Positions 59,769 to 64,000 of a stretch of DNA of 64,000 nucleotides are shown piece after piece (the first letter of the stretch is position 1; every line of letters starts with the position of its first letter). The stretch is from the NCBI GenBank assembly GCA_963707955.1, contig OY970176.1, forward strand, positions 1,792,001-1,856,000, written 5' to 3'. Under the pieces are notes generated by a model that saw only the letters and a program-made list of their open reading frames with translations, was not told the DNA's origin and did no database searches. Position numbers and translations under genes: made by a program. This DNA is from Candidatus Bathyarchaeota archaeon (GTDB lineage: Archaea; Thermoproteota; Bathyarchaeia; Bathyarchaeales; Bathycorpusculaceae).

Positions 59769-62208
59769 TCAATCACTGGGACCGAGTAGCTTGTAGAATT
59801 GGACTTTCAGGAAGTCAGTAACCACGAACAGCGTCAAGGCATATCCCCATACGATGGCAGCAAGACCCCAGACCCATGGCGGGTAACAGAATTCCGTAAA
59901 CGGTGAGAAGCGTGGCGGTCAGCTGGGTGCCTATTACTGCGAAGAGCAGGATTTTCGCTGGTTTAACTGTCCAGAAATGACCTTTTGTTCGAGCCGCAAG
60001 CAACACCGTATGACCGGCGACAGAGAGTTTCAAGTATATAAAAGACTGGAGAATGGGATTGTGCAGACCTATGTGCAAAACGTTCGTGCCTATCAAGAGA
60101 AGCCCAAAGGAGGAAAAAACTCCTATAATGCCCAAGAATGTGGCTATACCCAACACTTTTCGCATGTCCCACTTCTCTGGGAAGTCAGAGTACTTTACAT
60201 TGTCATAAGCTATCGTGATGACTGGTAGGTCATTTAAAATTGCCAGCAACACTATCATGAGTGCAGTGACAGGGTAGATGGTAAATGCCAAGATCGTTGC
60301 AGTGATAAAAAGCAACACGCGGATGGTCTCGGCAATGCGGTATATGGCGTAATTGGTCATCCGTTGGAAAATCTTGCGGCTCTGCTGGATAGCGTCTATG
60401 ATCACGGAAAGGCCAGGTTTTGTGAGAACGATTGCAGCGGCAGACTTCGCTGCGTCTGTGGCGCCGGCCACTGCGATTCCTGCATCAGCCTTCTTCAACG
60501 CGGGCGCATCATTCACTCCGTCTCCGGTCATGCCTACAATGTGGTCTTTGCTCTGGAGAAGTTCGACTATGTGATACTTGTGCTCAGGGAATACTTCAGC
60601 GAAGCCATCAGCTTTCTCAACAACTTGCACAGCTTCGCTTTCTGGCTTGTTCAGAAAAGAAGAGGCCACTGCAATATCAGTGCCCAAATTCACGCGGCGT
60701 GCAGTCTCCTTTGCGATGGCTAAATGGTCGCCCGTAACCATTTTAACGTCGACACCCATAGACTCCGCGATTTTAATGGTGTCAGCAGAGTCTTCACGAG
60801 GCGGATCATATAGAGCGATTAAACCGGCAAATTGCCACTTATCCTGAGCATCAGTTCTGGCCACGCCGAGAGATCTGTACCCTTTTACCGCCAGTGAATC
60901 AACTATTTCTTCAACCGTGCCACCGATTTTCTCCTTATTCGCAATAAAGGATAGAATTGCTTGCGGCGCCCCTTTCGAGATTCTGAAGCGGGCTCCATTG
61001 CTTTCTTGCAATGTGGCTTCGGTTCGTTTTGAAACTGGATCGAATGGTTTGAAGTCACTAATTTTGTAGTGCCGTAAGGGTTCAGCTAACGCTGTTATGC
61101 TCCGTGCCTTTGCGATAATTGCGTTGTCAATGGGATCTTTATCTTCCTCTCTTGATGCAAGTGCGCTGTACAGCAGTACGTCATTGTCTGTGAACCCGCT
61201 AAGGGGCTTAACCTCGCCTACTGTGAGCTCATTCTTTGTAATGGTGCCCGTCTTGTCTGAACATAATATGTCCATACCTGCCATCTCTTCAATGGCTACT
61301 AACTTGCTCACAATCGCTTCCTTGGCAGCGAGAGCTATTGCGCCTATCGCCATCGTAACTGAAAGCACGGTTGGCAACGCTGCGGGTATCGCAGCAACGA
61401 CCAAGACAAGGGCAAATTGGAGAATCTGAAGTGGATTTTGAGAACGGAGAAGTTCAACAACAACAATAACGGCTACAAGTGCAATGGCGAGGAAAATGAG
61501 GTAGTCGCCGATTCTGATTACGGCTTTCTGGAAATGACTTTGAGTTTTGGCTTCTTCCACGAGCTTAGCGGTTTTGCCGAAATATGTTCCTATGCCTGTA
61601 GTGACTACTAGTCCATTCATTTCTCCGTGACTAGCGACAGAACCAGCGTATGCAACATCTGACAAATGTTTTTCCACGGGTAATGATTCTCCGGTCAACG
61701 CTGATTCGTCAGCGAGCAGATAGCTGCCTTCAATGAGCTTGACGTCCGCCGGAATTATGTCGCCAAGACGTATGCGCACGATGTCTCCAGGAACGAGTTC
61801 GCGAGCAGGCGTTTCTTGCCACTTGTTGTCACGCAGAACGCGTGCTTTGAGCGCAAGTTTCTGTTTAAGCAACTCAATAGCGTTACCCGCCTGACGTTCT
61901 CGCGTGAACCCTATCACCGCGTTTGAAAGTAATAGGGCAAGTATGATGGCGAAGTCCTCCCAACTCTTGATGTATGCGGACATGACGACCGCAGCTTCTA
62001 TCATCCATGGAATCGGCCCCCAAAAATAGGTTAAAAACTTGATCAGCGGGTTCGCTTTTTTCTCAGGAATCTCATTAGGGCCATATAGTTGAAGTCGCTT
62101 TCCCGCCTCGAAGGAAGAAAGGCCATCCGTGCTCGTCGAAAGTCTGCTTAACAGTTCATCAACATTAGCTTTCTTCGCCTCGTCTGCAGTTAAAAGACTC
62201 TTACTCAT
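59769..62208 (-). CDS. P3A-type plasma-membrane H+-exporting ATPase, copy 2 (extra base near 59866)
   Basis: TGES, IPAALP, CSDKTGT, TGDGVNDAP and AILND motifs; corrected C-terminus LAAIVWGYALTLFVVTDFLKV matches copy 1. Confidence 0.9.
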
Positions 62209-62354
62209 GAACACACCGTATCTGCAATCGACAACTTTTTTGTAATCTCATATTTTGAACTGAACTCTCGTTGCCCGCCTAAGATGCGTCTGCATCATCG
62301 AATTCGCTCAAACATGCTTGGAGCAACCTTTTCTCGGTGCACTTGCTACTCGCG

Positions 62355-63680
62355 TTATTTGTTGTTGACGCTTTTTATCAGTTTGGTCATTTCCTTCTTG
62401 AGTTCGTCAAGTCTCTTCTGATCCATCGTCTCTATTGATAAGCGGAGTATCGGCGAGGTGTTTGATGCTCTAATCAAAGCCCACGAATCTGGAAAAACGA
62501 TTTTGATGCCGTCGATTGTGTCTGTGTTTTCATATGTTTCCGTAGCCTTTTCTTTTATCTTATTGATGACCTGAAACTTCGTCTCGTCTGAGCAGTTTAT
62601 TTCGATTCTTTCAAAAAGCCTCGCCGGCAATTCTTTCACGGCTTCTGACAGTTTTTGCCCCATTTTGGAGACTATGTCAGCCATGTACATACTGTTTATT
62701 ATCGCGTCGTCGAACCAGAAGAACTTTGGAACGCATATGTGCCCAGATTTCTCAACACCAAAAACAGCGTTGTGTCTCTTGGTTTCCTGCACCAGAAAAG
62801 TGTGGCCAACCGGTATCCGAAACACTTTTTCTCCATACTTCCTGACTTCGTCCTCTATGATGTCTGAGCATTCTATGTTGGCGACAACGGGGCCTCTTTG
62901 AGTTTTCATTATGTCCCTTATGAAAAGGATTGCGCTTTGCTCGGTCATGATGACTTTGCCTGTGTCGTCAACGAATATGGCTCTGTCACCATCGCCGTCG
63001 AACGCTATTCCAAGATCTGCCCTCTCTTTCACAACCTTCTCGCAGAGAGCTGTCAAGGATTCAGGTTTCGGTTCAGGATCCCTGTTCGAAAACGTTGGAT
63101 CAGGCCAATCAAACAAGAAAGTCGCCTTAACACCGATTTTCTTGAGAATCTTCGGAACCAGTAGGCATGCAGCCCCGTTTCCGAAGTCAACGGCGATGTT
63201 TATTCTCTCTGGTTTTATTCTTTCAGCTACGAAATTAGCGTACTCTTCGTCCATTCCTATGAGCTTTTTTGCTGACCCTGCGCCTGTTTTGAAACTTCCT
63301 AGGGAGCTGATCTCCCCCAGTTTTTTGTTCTCGTCTTCAAAGAAACCGACTCCGTCTTGGTGGAAGAATTTTACGCCGTTCCACTTTGCTGGCAGATGAG
63401 ACGCGGTTATGTACGCGGCTACGTCGTTTTTCATTTTCCAGTTTGCAAAGACGCAGAGGGTCGCGGGACATGTTCCGACCATGTTGGCGTTTGACCCAGT
63501 CTTTTTCAATCCCGAAACGAATGCCTCCTCGAGTTGCGCTCCGTGCTCTCTGAAATCTCTTCCAATCGTGAAGTTTCCGGGAGAACATGTTCCAGCTGCT
63601 TCACCGATTCTCATCATGATTTCGTCAGTCAAATCTTTACCGTAAATTCCTCTTATGTCGTAAGCTCTGAAGATGCCCAT
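62355..63680 (-). CDS. Phosphomannomutase/phosphoglucomutase
   Basis: IFRAYDIRG, TASH, FDGDGDR, EKSGH and RASNT motifs. Confidence 0.9.
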   Translation of the reverse strand: MGIFRAYDIRGIYGKDLTDEIMMRIGEAAGTCSPGNFTIGRDFREHGAQLEEAFVSGLKKTGSNANMVGTCPATLCVFANWKMKNDVAAYITASHLPAKWNGVKFFHQDGVGFFEDENKKLGEISSLGSFKTGAGSAKKLIGMDEEYANFVAERIKPERINIAVDFGNGAACLLVPKILKKIGVKATFLFDWPDPTFSNRDPEPKPESLTALCEKVVKERADLGIAFDGDGDRAIFVDDTGKVIMTEQSAILFIRDIMKTQRGPVVANIECSDIIEDEVRKYGEKVFRIPVGHTFLVQETKRHNAVFGVEKSGHICVPKFFWFDDAIINSMYMADIVSKMGQKLSEAVKELPARLFERIEINCSDETKFQVINKIKEKATETYENTDTIDGIKIVFPDSWALIRASNTSPILRLSIETMDQKRLDELKKEMTKLIKSVNNK

Positions 63681-64000
63681 CTTCTATCACAAGGCTTCTA
63701 TTTGTTCAATATGACGTTCTCTATTAAAGATCCTTTTCTTATTAGTTATGCTTTCACACACGTTTCTTTGGCACACGACGGGTTTAGAGCTTCAAGCGCG
63801 CGTCAGTCAAATAACAAATCTCTCAGAGGCAACGAAAAGAAAAGAAACTTCCGCGCGCGCATTTAATCCAAAATGCAGCCAAGAAATCCTCAAAATAAAT
63901 CAGCTAATATTCACACCGAAAATTACTGGAGTTATGACTAATGTGTTTTCAGGACTATCGCCGCAGTCGCTACACTGATTATAGACAAAAGGAAGTTCTC

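Noticed and set aside
1-64000. CRISPR array, rRNA, transposase or integrase
   Set aside because: No regularly spaced repeats, rRNA-like segments or recombinase/transposase motifs seen by eye

Overview
Archaeal chromosomal fragment, most likely Bathyarchaeia. This assignment is an inference from the archaeal information-processing genes, frequent TTG/GTG starts with GGAGG/GGTGA Shine-Dalgarno (SD) motifs, an eL22-like protein and an Fpo-like hydrogenase operon. The left half (1-30.7 kb) is mostly housekeeping: a nucleotide-sugar operon, trm112, trm5, rpoP, a surface protein, a divergent glyA, taw1, a translin-EndoV-HD-tRNA-binding operon, rfcSL, a glutamate synthase-like gene with gdhA, GINS-MCM, fumC and an aldehyde dehydrogenase. 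A tRNA 3'-end fragment at ~30.95 kb marks the switch to an accessory-looking right half. That half holds a truncated H+-pyrophosphatase, two P3A H+-ATPases, a PEF-CTERM cupredoxin, CBS proteins, TrmB, a bacterial-type pterin cluster (folM-like, folB, folK, folE, PCD) and a complex-I-ordered operon (A-B-CD-H-I-J-K-L-M-M-N). The operon is the most notable feature. Its catalytic subunit keeps all four [NiFe] cysteines, it has a duplicated M subunit and a matching lengthened L-subunit lateral helix (2M architecture), and it is followed by an FpoF/FrhB-like F420 module fused to CBS domains. Seven single-base frameshifts, one of them in MCM, are probably sequencing or assembly errors.
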